From Octopus sinensis (lineage: Eukaryota), in contig NC_043003.1 in NCBI RefSeq assembly GCF_006345805.1, forward strand, positions 19,220,001-19,284,000: a stretch of 64,000 nucleotides of DNA, given 5' to 3'. This document shows, piece by piece, positions 10,058 through 22,712 of this stretch; the stretch's first letter is position 1, and the number at the start of each line of letters is the position of its first letter. The notes beneath the pieces were generated by a model. That model did not search any database and was not told where the DNA came from. It worked only from the letters and a program-made list of their open reading frames with translations. The position numbers and the translations under genes are program-made.

Positions 10058-11426
10058 TGTTGGTGTGTTTATGTCCCCATAATTTAACAGTTCAACAAAA
10101 TAGTCCAATAAGATAAAAATAGTACTAGGCTCCAAAAAACAAGCCCTAGGGTCCATTTGTTCGGCTAAAATCCTTCAATGCCCCAGTATGGCCATAGTCA
10201 AATGACTGAAACAAGTAAAAGATAAAAGATATGCAAACTCATTCCATTTGTGATTATTGCATTGAAATAACATATTGGAGTTTACCAACATGTTAATTAA
10301 TTGAGCACTAATTCAATATATCAAATTATGGCTCTGACTAATAATATAGTTGAAAACATCAATATAAATTATAATGGTATGCTTGAAATTCTAAAGAGAG
10401 AGAGAAAGAAAGAGAGAGAGAGAAAAAAACAGTTGGGTATTCAAAGTGTGAAAAATAACTGAAATTATGAATAAACTTAAACAAAAATCCAAACAAATTG
10501 AAAATAAAATAATTAAATAGAAACTCTGAGAACATGAACTTAAAATCAAATAATAATTGTATACAAGCACCTCATCGCTATCTGGTTCAGATAATGAGTC
10601 AGCTCGACTTCCAACATCATCAGGAAGGCACAACTAGAAGCAACCAAATTCTGGATTAGACAGTGAAAACAGAAAGTTCACAGAGAAGCTGCAGAAATAT
10701 TAAGTATTTTGCTTTTGCTATGCCAGGGGTTTTAGAATATGAACCCCATGCTAAAAAAAAAAAAAAGTATGTACATAGTAATATGGCAGTCTACAAGAAT
10801 AACTTCTTGGGTTGCACTCTTACTGGGACAGCAAGAGATACCTGGGGTGCAGCTGTTTGGATAATGATGATTTGGCATGACTGAACATTTGAATTGTCTT
10901 GGAGGTACATACATACACTAACTGCGTGTGTGTAAGCATGTACAGAAACAAACACATACAGGTAGAGAGGGTGAGAGAGAGACATTACAATTTATTAATT
11001 AAACACAAACACTTTCGCTCTCCTCAAAGAAAAAGAAAAATATGTTCATACACACAGGTAGAGAGGGGGAGGGGGAAAAAGAGAGAGAGAGGTAGAGAGA
11101 GAGACAAACATTAAATTGTCTGATGTCAAATAAGTCAGCATTGAATCAGCAACACCAAACAGATTGCACCAAAACAACTATGCCAAAATGTTTTGTACCT
11201 GTATCAGGTTTAACAGAGTGGCTGTACCTATTGATCACACAGTGTTACATATATTTTTGTTCTTATTATTTTGTAATAATAATATATTATGCAGTATCAA
11301 AGTCTTTTGTAGTATATCGATGGACTGATCTCTGACATTTTGAAATTGTAATAAATGAACTCTTCATTAAATAATATGACTCTTTAACCTATTTTTTTTA
11401 AAATGCAGTACTGCCATTCTCTAGAG

Positions 11427-11751
11427 CATTGGTTCTCAACCAGGGTCCATATAAGGCTTTTGGGGGATCCACACTAAGAAAATAGTAAATTGAGGACCCA
11501 CAGTATATTTTAAGGATTCATGAAAAGTTCTGATTTAAATGTATCTAATGTGAAAAAAAAAATACCTGGGTTTCTTTCTCTAATATTTTATGTAGTTCAG
11601 CCTATGCAAGTTAATGTGTGAATAACAAAATAGGAATTTTGAAAGAAGTTTCTATAAAACTAGTTTTTAAACATCGAATGGCTATGGGGGTCCACCAGAA
11701 TAAAGTAGTAATCAAATGCATTCATAGATAAAGAATGGTTGAAAGACACTG
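11427..11751. mobile_element. hAT (Charlie-type) MITE
   Basis: Termini cattggttctcaacc / ggttgaaagacactg; perfect 8-bp TSD ctctagag at 11419-11426 and 11752-11759 (NTCTAGAN is typical of Charlie hAT). Confidence 0.85.
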
Positions 11752-11852
11752 CTCTAGAGTATCACCAAGAATCCTCCAATGTTGTCAGATTAACAATAAT
11801 AATCTAGTAAGCTTTAGAATAGCAATTAAATTAATAAACTTTTAAAGGTTCT

Positions 11853-12107
11853 AAAAGAGAAGTAGGTGTCAAAAATGCTCATTTTTATTTTATTTTTTAC
11901 TCCACTCTTGGCACTCTATCATCATATGTCTAAAAAGTGGTGAAATTTATTCAAATTTCAAAACTGTAAAACAAAAAAATTGTAGAGGAAAGATAGAGCC
12001 TCAGAAACCCATAAAACACAACATGATGAAAGTATTTTTCTTCAAATAACATTGGAAAGAAATGAACAATTTTTATCTGACAGCCCCATACATTGTTATT
12101 TTTGTAC
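11853..12107 (-). repeat. Inverted duplicate of the mariner 5' end plus flank
   Basis: Reverse complement of 12196-12449, with scattered mismatches. Confidence 0.85.
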
Positions 12108-12214
12108 ATGAATAAAATGATCTTTCATTGAAAAGACTGCTACAATTTTCTAGTTTTAAAATAATAGCTCATTTTCTGTTAATTCTTTGGCATAGCTACA
12201 AACATAACAATATA

Positions 12215-13146
12215 TGGGGCTGTCAGATAAAAATTGTTCATTTCTTTCCAATGTTATTTGAAGAAAAATATTTTCATCATGTGTTTTATGGGTTTCTGTG
12301 GCTCTATCCTTCCTCTCCAACTTTTGTTTTACATTTTTGAAATTTGAATAAATTTCACCACTTTTTAGATGTATGATGACAGAGTGCCAAGTGGAGTAAA
12401 AAATATAAATAAAATAAAAATGAGCATTTTTGACACCTGCTTCTCTTTTGCTTTCAATCAAGGTTCCCAAGCTACCAAACTCTCTCAAGACATTTGTGCT
12501 GTGTTTTAGAAGGGGTTATTACTGAAAGAACTGCACAGAAATGGTTTTTATACTTCAAGGAAGGGAAATTTGACCTCACAGATTCTTTGTGTTCCAGTTA
12601 ACCTGTTCAGTTCAATGAGGACTGATTGAACACACTCATCCATGAGAATCTACACCAATCCACTAGAGAATTGATCCAGCAGATGAGATTCTTTCATGAT
12701 ACTGTCACCCATCACCTTCATTCAACAGGCAATCCAGCTGAAGTGGCCTGACCAGTGACACAGCATACTTTTTCAGCATGACAACACTCACCCACACATT
12801 GATAATTTGACTAAAAACACTATTCAAGAGCTCAATCGTGAATACAACATTCATTGTATACTCTTGATATAGTGCCTTCAGAGTATCATCTTTATCAGTT
12901 ACTCTCCAGCAGTCTGCAAGGCATTTCATGCAACAACAATGTAAAGCTGAAAATATGGCTCGAATTCTTTTGAGTCAAGACCCAGTGATTTCTACCACCA
13001 AGGAACTGATAAGCTATCTGAATGTTTGTAAGAAGTCATGAACAATGAAAGAGTCTATATTACTGACTGATTTGTTAAAATAGTTCATGAAAAATAGGGA
13101 TAAAAACATGAAAACAACAAACAAATGAATTCATCTGACAACCTAA
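12215..13146 (+). mobile_element. Decayed, internally deleted mariner transposon
   Basis: TIR-like ends tggggctgtcagataaaa / ttcatctgacaacctaa; remnants EHF*HLLLFCFQ, ITERTAQKWF, LIHENLHQSTREL, LFQHDNTHPH, PSEYHLY. Confidence 0.85.
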
Positions 13147-15017
13147 CAATTCCAATCAACTGAAGAAATTAAAAGTAGTAAATTATAAAGAATCCTTTCC
13201 TGAATTTAAAACTGATAATTTCTTTAATATAAATAATATTCTAATAAATAATATCAATATGAAAGATGAATTTATGGGTCTCTAAGTTTAACACATCCAA
13301 ACAGTAAATTTCATATAAATTTCTTAAAGAAACAATGCTTTAAAATATGTCACTGCAGTAAACATCAAAAATATCTTCACCAGAGATCAGAAGTATTAAT
13401 CACAAATAAACAGAAGCATTGTTTGGTACAGAGAACAATGCTTCTGTCATGCTTCTTCCTTAATTCAATAGCATTTCTGCTAGTTTGCATTACAAGCAAG
13501 AACATTAATACAGCTGTGGCAAATAACTGAAATGCAGTATATTGATCTTGAAAGGCTGAATATAAACACAAAATATTCAGCCTTCTTCATGATTGATTGA
13601 TCTTTTTTTTTATATCACTGAACATATGACAGTTATTAAAATGATATATTTGATTATTTTTCTAATATGTTTCAAAAGAACTTGCTGTGAGAAAGCTGTG
13701 AGAAAGCTTCAGTAGCTTATGGAAGTTAACTGGGCTGATGCTTTGGATAGACATGTAACTATTCATATTTATTTTTAGCAGGAAGATAAGCTTTAGCTTA
13801 CAGGGTTAAAGATATTTAAGTTAAAATTGTTGAAATTAATAATTAAGCTAAAATTATATCAAATCTGATCACATATGTCATTACTGGAAGAAACAAATTG
13901 TTGATAGAAAACATAGAATTTACAATGAAATATTCTTGCAGCGTGTGCATGTGTGCTTGTGCACACACACACTCATCTCTCTATACACATATATATGCAT
14001 GCATGCCTACATTTGCATATAGTGATGGCAGATATACACAAGAATATCTTAATTATTAAGTTTAGTAGATGCCTTTCATGTCTAGAATATAAATTGAAAA
14101 ATCACAGCCAGCGTATTTTTAATGATGCCATTATTGTATGGAAGTTCCTTATATTTTGGAATTCTGAGTCAACAATATGAAACAAATGCATGAATTTATG
14201 AATGGTATGCGATAAGTTTCAGTAACATCACCTATTAAAATAGAATACTTTTTAAAAAATGAAAAAAAAACAATTTTTTTTATCCAAATGAAAATATATG
14301 TATCTGCAAAATATTAACTTCTAAATATAATTAAATGATACATACTTTATAATAAAAAGCCAATGGTAATTAAAAATATAAAGTTTTGTAGTAACCTACA
14401 CAGACTAGGGCTAGGGAATTGAATAAGTTCCATTTGTATAAAACCAAAAAGAGAAACAAGATGTTGATGATTAGCAGGATAGATTTTTAGATACATTTTG
14501 GAAGAAGAGAAAAAAGAAAATATCCTAATTCTGTAGAAAACTCCTGGATTATGGCTCCTACATCATCTTGTAATACCAAGTTCACTACAAAACTGAAAAC
14601 AATCTAATAGTCATACTCAGAAATGACTGTTTACATGCACTAGTTGAACTACAAAAAGAAGTTACAACTTTTAAGCCTCTACTCCATGAACTGAAGAATG
14701 GAAAGATAAGCAGCAATTTACATTTGGAAGAACCTGGAAGTACCAGCAGCAAATTTTGGTTTTGAAAGCTTTGAATCCATAAACAGGCTGTCACTGAATA
14801 CTGAGAAAAAAATTCCTAGATTCACATATGTCATAGCATAAACCACAAATGAAAGCAGCAACATCAAATTCCTTCATTCACCAAATACCATGGGCTAGAT
14901 TATAATATTCCTCATGGTGGTATGCTAGAATGGTTACAGCTAGATAGTTGAAACCAGTAAAAAAAAGTGAAAGAAAATACTTGGAAATCTATAGCTCCTG
15001 AATATATTCAATATTAC

Positions 15018-15106
15018 CTGTGAATAGTTCATTCTTTTGATTCGGTCTGACTTTTCTACTGGTTTGGCAAAAACAACTTCTATTTTTGAATTTTCTAAGA
15101 GGGTAC
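15018..15106 (-). CDS. Exon of A1CF/RBM47/RBM46-family RNA-binding protein (end of RRM3: GTLLENSKIEVVFAKPVEKSDRIKRMNYSQ)
   Basis: Acceptor ttttctcatttcag, donor CAG|gtaata; 89 nt, phase 1 to 0, compatible with the upstream exon; matches family motif G..l.gs.IEVtlAKP. Confidence 0.85.
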
Positions 15107-16107
15107 CTGAAATGAGAAAACAGATGAGCAAACAAACACCACAAAAATTAGGCGATTGGCAATATTTTTATATTCTAACATAACAGGACACACTTGTGAT
15201 GTTCTTAGAGTTACAAATGTAATATAGTTTGAACCAAAGTAATATAGTTTTACAAGTTAGCTGCATGATTCATTAGTAATTCGCTGTCAGTTATTAATAA
15301 AAATGTATGCAAATGTTATCTGGAATTTAAACAATGTCCAAAAAGACTGACTTCTGGATGTAGGTGTTTTAAGTAAAAAAAGATGCTTGATATTTTTATT
15401 GTTTCTGTCAATATTTCAAAATTTGAAAAGATTTCTCGTCCCCCAAAAAGTTGCAAAATCAATCTCTTACCCACACACCCATGCCTTCACCTATACATAA
15501 CCCTCGTATCAACTAATTCCATCTCCTTACATTTGGATCAAATCTCTTACATTTACTACTATGACTTCTTTCTGCAGGTTCACAAGAGAACAACAGCTTA
15601 CCCCCTGCTATTGCCACCACCACCGTTATGGTATTCACAAGAAGGGAAAAAAACAAAACTGGTTCTTTACCACTTTTCAGAGAACAAATTCTCACAATGT
15701 AAATTATGGTATTGTATAGCTTTATTTCATCCTACCCATTTAATCAAACCATATAAAGCTATTTCCTTAATGAAATTAAATTGATTTACATTATGTGTAA
15801 TTTCACTATAGTAACTGGTAAATTAAGTCTGACATAAATAAATAATTGGTACAAAGCAGTTTTATTTACATATTGTTTCAGATGTACAACAATAATATTT
15901 ATAGAACTACACAATAGAATTATTTCAGGGTCAGAGACAGTTATGTCACAAATATAATATTAGCCTAATAATGAAATAAATGAGGTTATATGCTCTAAAC
16001 AAAAGGCTGTGTAGTAACTATGATATTTAAAAAAAAAAATTTTATAAGTCAGTATTATATATAAAATGTTTTCCAACTAATTTAGTAGATCTTATCTTAT
16101 ATTTTTT

Positions 16108-16505
16108 TTTACTCGTTTCAGTCATTGGAGTGCGATCATACTGGGGTACCGCCTCGGAGGGTTTAACCAAACAAATCAACCGCAATACTTATTTTTTTAA
16201 AGTTTGGTATATGTTCAACCTCTTTTGCTGAACTGCCAAGTTATGGGAATGTAAACAAACCAACACAGGTTGTCAAGTGGTGGGGGTAGGATGGGTGGAG
16301 GTGGGATGGAAGGCAAACACAAACACACACACAAATGTGATGGGCTTCTAGACAATTTCTATTTACCAAATTCACACCCAAACCACCAAAGCACTGATTG
16401 GCCTGGGGGCTGTAATAGAAGATAATTGTCCAAGGTGCTGCACAGCAAAACTGAAACCACAACCATCTGGCAGCAAAGCATGTTTCTTAACCACACAGCC
16501 ATGTC
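16108..16505 (-). mobile_element. SINE family B, degenerate
   Basis: actcgtttcagtcattggagtgcgatcatactggggtaccgcc...accacacagccatg; reverse of the 3005 copy. Confidence 0.7.
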
Positions 16506-16547
16506 TTGGACACAAAATCATTCTCATAAACACAACTCCAGTAACTA

Positions 16548-16709
16548 CTGTATTTTAATGTGTATAAGGAACCCCCTAATTTTTTAGGCTTAAAATTTGG
16601 GGAAAAGGCTTTGCAAAGGATTATGATACTATCCCTGTATAAGAAACTCCCATATTTTTTAAACCTAGTTTTTGACAAAAATGGGTTCCTTATACACGTT
16701 AAAATACGG
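16548..16709. mobile_element. Tc1/mariner-superfamily MITE (Tc2/pogo-like CCGTA ends)
   Basis: TIRs ctgtattttaatgtgtataaggaaccc / gggttccttatacacgttaaaatacgg, flanked by TA. Confidence 0.75.
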
Positions 16710-16935
16710 TAATTACAACTTGTGAGGCAGAAACGAAAAAATTTATTTTTACTTGTTAAAATATCATTTTAATTTAAAATATTGCTTGATGAATAGGAAA
16801 TATGGAGATATACCGTATTTGATGGTATAAAAAGATTATGGGCATATTAGATGCATCCCAAGTTCAGCAGTACACATTCTGAGAAAATGGTTTTTAGTGC
16901 ATTAAAATATGCGATATTTAAAATAATTTAGCATA

Positions 16936-17184
16936 GGCATAGGAGTGGCTGTGTGGTAAGTAGCTTGCTTACCAACCACATGGTTCCGGGTTCAGCTAAA
17001 TTGCCTGACACCTTGGGCAAGTGTCTTTTACTATAGTCTCAGGCCAACCAAAGCCTTGTGAGTGGATTTGGTAGACAGAAACTGAAAGAAGCCAGTCATG
17101 TCTGTGTGTGTGTATATGTGTGTGTGAGTGTGTGTGTGTATGTTTGTGTGTCTGTGTTTATCCCCCCAACATCGCTTGACAACC
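16936..17184 (+). mobile_element. SINE family B
   Basis: ggcataggagtggctgtgtggtaagtagcttgcttaccaaccacatggttccgggttcag... Confidence 0.8.
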
Positions 17185-17240
17185 GGGTTAGGGTTAGGTA
17201 GTTATGTGGTGTCTGTCTTGGCAGAAAAGACTTTTCACAT

Positions 17241-17472
17241 CAGTGGTTCTCAACCATTTTTTGCCTATGGACCCCTTTGATTCCTATTTTTTCTCTACTG
17301 GACTTCCATAGCCATTCAATTTATATAAAAATAATCCTACTGTATTTTTATAATTAAATATTATTAGGAATTATATTAAAAAATTAAAATATTTTGTGTA
17401 TTGTAGAAGTATAAGTAATTTATTACACAAATCTTAACAAAATCTTATATGGACCCCGGTCAAGAACCACTG
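17241..17472. mobile_element. hAT MITE, same family as 11427
   Basis: cagtggttctcaacc ... ggtcaagaaccactg termini; internal tggacccc motif shared. Confidence 0.7.
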
Positions 17473-17633
17473 GTTTAGATAAAAATTGGCTTGTATTAAA
17501 GAGCGTCAGAAACAAAATTAGCTTATGGAGGCTTAACTTTGCATAGGACCCAGGGTGATATATTTTTAGAAATTTTTTCATCAAATATAGTAAATTAAAT
17601 CATCATTAGCATCATTATTACCATTGGCCCAAA

Positions 17634-17845
17634 GGTAGTTAGCTGGCAGAATCATAGGCACACAGGATGAAATGCTTAGTGGTATTTTGCTCTTTGGTAT
17701 GTTCTGAGTTCAAATTCTGCCAAGGTCAACTTTGCCTTTCATCCTTTTGGGTTCGATAAAATGAGTACCACTTGAATACTGGGGTTGATGTAATTGACTC
17801 ATCCCCACCTCCCCCAAGCTGCCATTGTGGCAAAAAATTGAAATA
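17634..17845 (+). mobile_element. SINE family C
   Basis: agctggcagaatc...gttctgagttcaaattctgccaaggtcaactttgcctttcatcc. Confidence 0.7.
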
Positions 17846-18548
17846 ATTATTACCATTGGCCTTGATATATTTAAATCATTGTATTTACATGGTTTTAAAT
17901 TGTATGGCCTTAAACATCTTTACCTGAGATATTTAAATCATTCATTTCAAGTTTTCTTCATACTTCTTTGATAAAAAAGTCTACCACAGTAAAATATTGA
18001 TGAGTTGTGAAGCTAGATCTCAGGATATTTGGATCTCATAAACAAGATGTCTCAAGATTGAGACAAAAATGTTATTCTGTAATGCAGATCTTTTCAAAAC
18101 ATGCCTATAAATAACCACAGCTCAGATATGATGCTATCTAGGAAGAGATTTCCAGTTTCAATCCCACTGTGTAGTACTTGGAGCAAGTGTTTTCTCTACA
18201 GCCTCAAATCAACCCAAATCTTGTCAAGTGAAACTAGCAGATGAAAATTGCAGTAAGTTTGCTCAATGGACTGTATCTGATCATGGGTGGTTGACTTAAT
18301 GCTACATGGAAGCTTGTGATTCATGAAAGGATTAACTTATATTCAACCAAATTTGCACTTAAATATTACTTAAATACAATCTCAAATTAAATACAGGAAG
18401 ATAAAATTAAAGAAAAAATACTATTTAATCTATTGAGAGTTCACTTTATAAAATGAAAGTGTGAAAGGCTACAAGAGTAAAACTAATCTATAATAAAAAT
18501 ATTACACTTGTACATAAAATATTGAGATCAAAATTCAAAAACACATAC

Positions 18549-18729
18549 CATTGAGTTTGTTTTGTGCTAATACAGCATCTTCTCTGCTTTTAAAGTGTAC
18601 AAAGGCAAAATCTCGAATTTTTTTTACTCTTTCAATGACATCATCTTTTTTCGTAACCTCTGTAAAAACTTTTCGTATTGTATCTTCTGATGTGCTCATC
18701 ATCAAATTTCTAGCATAGAGTATTTTCAC
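18549..18729 (-). CDS. Exon of A1CF/RBM47/RBM46-family RNA-binding protein (RRM3: [22 protein letters not shown]...[29 protein letters not shown])
   Basis: Acceptor ttacttctcag, donor ATG|gtatgt; 181 nt, phase 0 to 1; VKILY.RNLM.ST and ERVKKIRD[YF]AFVHF are characteristic of RRM3 in A1CF/RBM46/RBM47. Confidence 0.92.
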
Positions 18730-19589
18730 CTGAGAAGTAAATAATTTTCACTATATATATATATATTCATTAAGATGGTTTTTTTTAAAGCTTTGCTTCA
18801 ATATCATATATAAAAAGGAAAGAAACATTTATCTTCCACCAATTATGGCATTTATTTATAAGCTAGTGGGACTGAAACATTGCAAGTTAAGAAACCGTTG
18901 TTAGGTACACAAAAGTGCAAACCTGACACAAAATCACAAGCTTATTGGCTGAGTAAGTTTGCACCTTCCAGGCCTGACCAGCTGTGGTTCTTAGCAACTA
19001 CGAAAACAGAAGCTCATCAATAATAGTGACAGTTCTGCTAATAATAAATTGCAGAATTGGTTGATAAATTTATTTCTCATCTTAAACAGTTACTTCAATA
19101 TTTAGGTTTGAACTTTTACTACAATTGTTCCAATATTTAAATTTGAACAGATGCAACCAATTCCATTGACAACAACAACTGATTGTTGCTTTGACATGAA
19201 ATATTCTGTTGTAATTAACTTTCCACTAATTACATACTTTCATCTTATAACATTATAAACAATTCTAAGGTTTAGATATTCACATCTTGCTTTTATATAT
19301 TATTTCTTAAGTATGCAAATTTATTAGTTAAGACAAAGGCATCTTGTATGAAACATTAAATATCTTTTCTCTCTCTCATTCCTATGGGAGTGGCACACAA
19401 TATGGTAGGGAAATATACACAAATGTAAATAGTTACTGAGCAGATTTGGTCAGCAATAAAGCAAGCAAAAGATATGGCACGAAGTACATGTGTCCAAACT
19501 AGATATCACATGCTACATGCAGATTTTCAATAAACTCTGAAAATTATTTCTCCAACTCGCTGAAAACTTAATTATTAATAGTACACCAG

Positions 19590-19900
19590 TGCTATCTTTC
19601 TCTTCCTTGGACTGCGGCCTTTCTGGAGCACTGCCTTGAAGAGTTTTTAGTTAAATAAATCAACTCCGGTATTAATTTTTTGAGTCTGGTATTTATTTTA
19701 TCAGCCTCTTTCGTCAAACCACTAAGTTACAAGGATGTAAACAAACCAACACCAGTTGTCAAGTGGGGGAAGGGGAAACACAAAGACACACAAGTTTCTG
19801 TCAACTAAATTCACACACAAGGTTTGGTGAGCCAAGGGCTACAGTAGAAGACATTTGCCCAAGGTGCTGCACAGTAGAACTGAACCAGAAACTACACAGC
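19590..19900 (-). mobile_element. SINE family B, degenerate
   Basis: actgcggcctttctggagcactgcc...gaagacatttgcccaaggtgc. Confidence 0.65.
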
Positions 19901-20794
19901 TGCTAAGCTGTTACCATTCAGTGTTCAGAGTCACACTCTTTGATACAGTGTTAATTATTGAATAGACAATAATAAAGCACAAGTGGAGGTTGTCTCTTGA
20001 AGCTCATTGGCAAAGTAATAAGTCAGTCTGGAAAGGATTCTCTGGAAAGTGAGCCAATACATAGGTTTAGTATTTCAAAATTGGTAATTTTACTTTCAAA
20101 ATATTTTGAAATGTTTAAAATAAATCTAGCCTATTTTATTTTAATCACACGTTCTATATCATTAAAATCATATAATCTGAGTGCAAACTTAACAATTGAA
20201 AAATTTAGTGATAAGAAAAAAAAAGTTCACGTAAGAATTTTGTTATCTAAGTTTTGATTCAGTAACATTTTGATTCAGTTTGTAGATATTTCTATAGTAC
20301 ATTGATCATCTTATTTCTTAGAAATGATAATGAAGACCAGATAAGCAATTAAGAATGACACAGCAACCAAACTTAAAAAAAAAAGAAAAAAAAAACCTTT
20401 CATCATTTATCAAATATATTTGCTGAGATACAGAACACTTGAAAAAAGTGTTATGTGTACACACACACACACACACAGGATATATATGCTGAGTAATGCC
20501 AATGAATGGGCACCTGTGGCATTTCCTCACAAACTGGACTGTATGCTTACATAACTGATGCCTGGCAATGTTGCATAACACATGTACATTAAATAAATCA
20601 TTAATACTGATGCTTTGTGTGTTCCTTTTATATATATATATATATATATAGATAGATAGATAGATAGATAAAACTTACTAGGAAAAGGATGTGTGGCATT
20701 CGATCATATAATAATATAAATATATAAATATATGCATATATACATACATATATGCATATATACATACATACATATATTTACATACCTACATATA

Positions 20795-21130
20795 TATATA
20801 CATGCATATATGGGTACAGGACATAAAAAAAAAAGCGATGAACACAATGAGAAACCAAAACATAACAAAAACAAAAACATAGAAACAAACTTTTTTCGAG
20901 CAATGAAAAAATAAACAGAGAAATGAGACATACAACATAAAGAATATTCCCCTTCTTCAGTTGTCCCTGTTTCAACTACTCTACATTTCGAAGGCAAGGT
21001 TGACACCAGAACCTTAATACTTCATCAGTTATCAACCGACAAATACTAATAGCTAGTTTCATGCCTTTAATGATAAGGCTAGGAACTTCATATATCGGCG
21101 GCACCCACAAGATTTGCGGAGAATTAGGGC
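20795..21130 (-). mobile_element. PLE-like pseudo-LTR fragment with degenerate hammerhead cores
   Basis: Minus: CUGAUGA...AAGGUU/AACCUU hairpin...GAAAUGUA (plus 20982-21028) and a second CUGAAGA; abuts (TA)n. Confidence 0.35.
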
Positions 21131-21509
21131 TCAAACAAATAATACAGGGTGGATGCATGAACGTAAACTAATTTGAAATGATAGATAAAGACAATAAATA
21201 TAGCCTTGGGGCCAAACATGAGAATGATGGTTTAATGCTTGGGAGAAATCCTCAAATGTATATATAGAACAAAATTAAGAAGAGAAAAAAAGAAGAGAAT
21301 TGGGAAGAGAAAAAAAGGTTGACCCACATGCTAGGTGTCGAGTGGTAAAAAGGTAGAAGATAGAAAATCAGTCACTGGTCACATATGGGTAGCAGATAGA
21401 AGGGAAAGAGGAAGAGAGAATAGCAGAGAGAGAGAGAGAGAACAGGGGAAGGAAGGGGGAACGTCTACAATTAAGTGTAAGATGAGAGAGAGGAAGTAGG
21501 GAGTTATAC

Positions 21510-21692
21510 ATATATATGTATGTATATAAACAAGGTGCTTTTTCACCTTCCATTTACCAAATCTACTCACAAGGCTTTGGTCAGACTGAGGCTATAGTAC
21601 AAGACACATACCCAAGGTGCCATGAAGTGGGGCTGAACCTGGGATCATGTGATTGGAAAACAAACTTCTTATTACTCAGCCACACCTGTTCA
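21510..21692 (-). mobile_element. SINE family B, 5' part
   Basis: ccatttaccaaatctactcacaaggctttggtc...actcagccacacct. Confidence 0.7.
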
Positions 21693-22542
21693 CAGACTAT
21701 CTCTAATCAAATCCCTTCACAAACAAGCATTTTAATGTTCATCTACTGAAGAAACTTTAAATAAGAAAATCCTACATGTAAACAAATATTACTTAACAAT
21801 AATAATAGGCACCATAATAGAATGGTAGACCAGGCCAAAGAACAATACAAGAACAACTTCGGCCATACTGCTACAACAGATACCACATTCATACATATCA
21901 TATTCTCCAAAAATCAAATGGATTCTGGTTAAAAAATGAATGAATAAATTATTTAAAAATATCATAAAACATAACGTGCATTACACCTAACCACAAACTA
22001 ATAGCTGGAAGATATTACAATAACACCAGAATAAAAAAAAAAAGAAAGAAAAAAACCAGCCTCCACTTCACCACAAAACTACAAATGAGCAAGCCACAGT
22101 ACGTATTTCAGATAATCAATATAAGGTACAAATTTATGTTCTAAGCCTTATAGATGTTAATTTATATGATAGTGTAAGAGGTACACAGCAATATCCATAT
22201 ATTGTGTCAAAGTAACACCTTAATGTGGAATGTTAGCACACTTCACAAATTATTGATGGATATGTGGATGGAAAGTAATGCACTAAATCACCTCAGTGGA
22301 CAGGTATCAAATCTTTTGTAATAGTTGACCAATAAACTGATAAAAAGAATTAAATCTTTTAATAACTAGTATGAATTCAGGTAAAATTTTCAGAGCAGTA
22401 ATAAAAATCAACAACAGATTATATAAAGTGTAATAGAGAAGAGTTTCTGAAAGTCAAATTTACATGACACTCCAGCTAGAAATAAATCAGCTACAAATTT
22501 TCTTTGAAGGTTGCTCAAGAAGCATTTGAAATAAACTATGTA

Positions 22543-22712
22543 CATCATCATTTAATGCCTGCTTTCCATGTTGGCATGGGTTGGATGGCTTGGCTGGAGA
22601 GCTGCACCAGATTCCAGTTATGTGTTTTGACTTGGTTTCTATTCCTTAATGCCAACCACTTTATAGAGTGTACTGGGTGCTTTTTATGTGGCACAGGTAC
22701 AAGTGGCACCAG
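22543..22712 (-). mobile_element. Family D (RTE 3' end), degenerate
   Basis: catcatcatttaatgcctgctttccatgttggcatgggttgg. Confidence 0.7.

Noticed and set aside
14585-14800. Exon candidate directly after the RRM3 exons
   Set aside because: An acceptor is present, but the phase-0 translation is not protein-like and the more plausible frame (FSDSLFMDSK...FFQM*) is phase-incompatible with the 15018 donor
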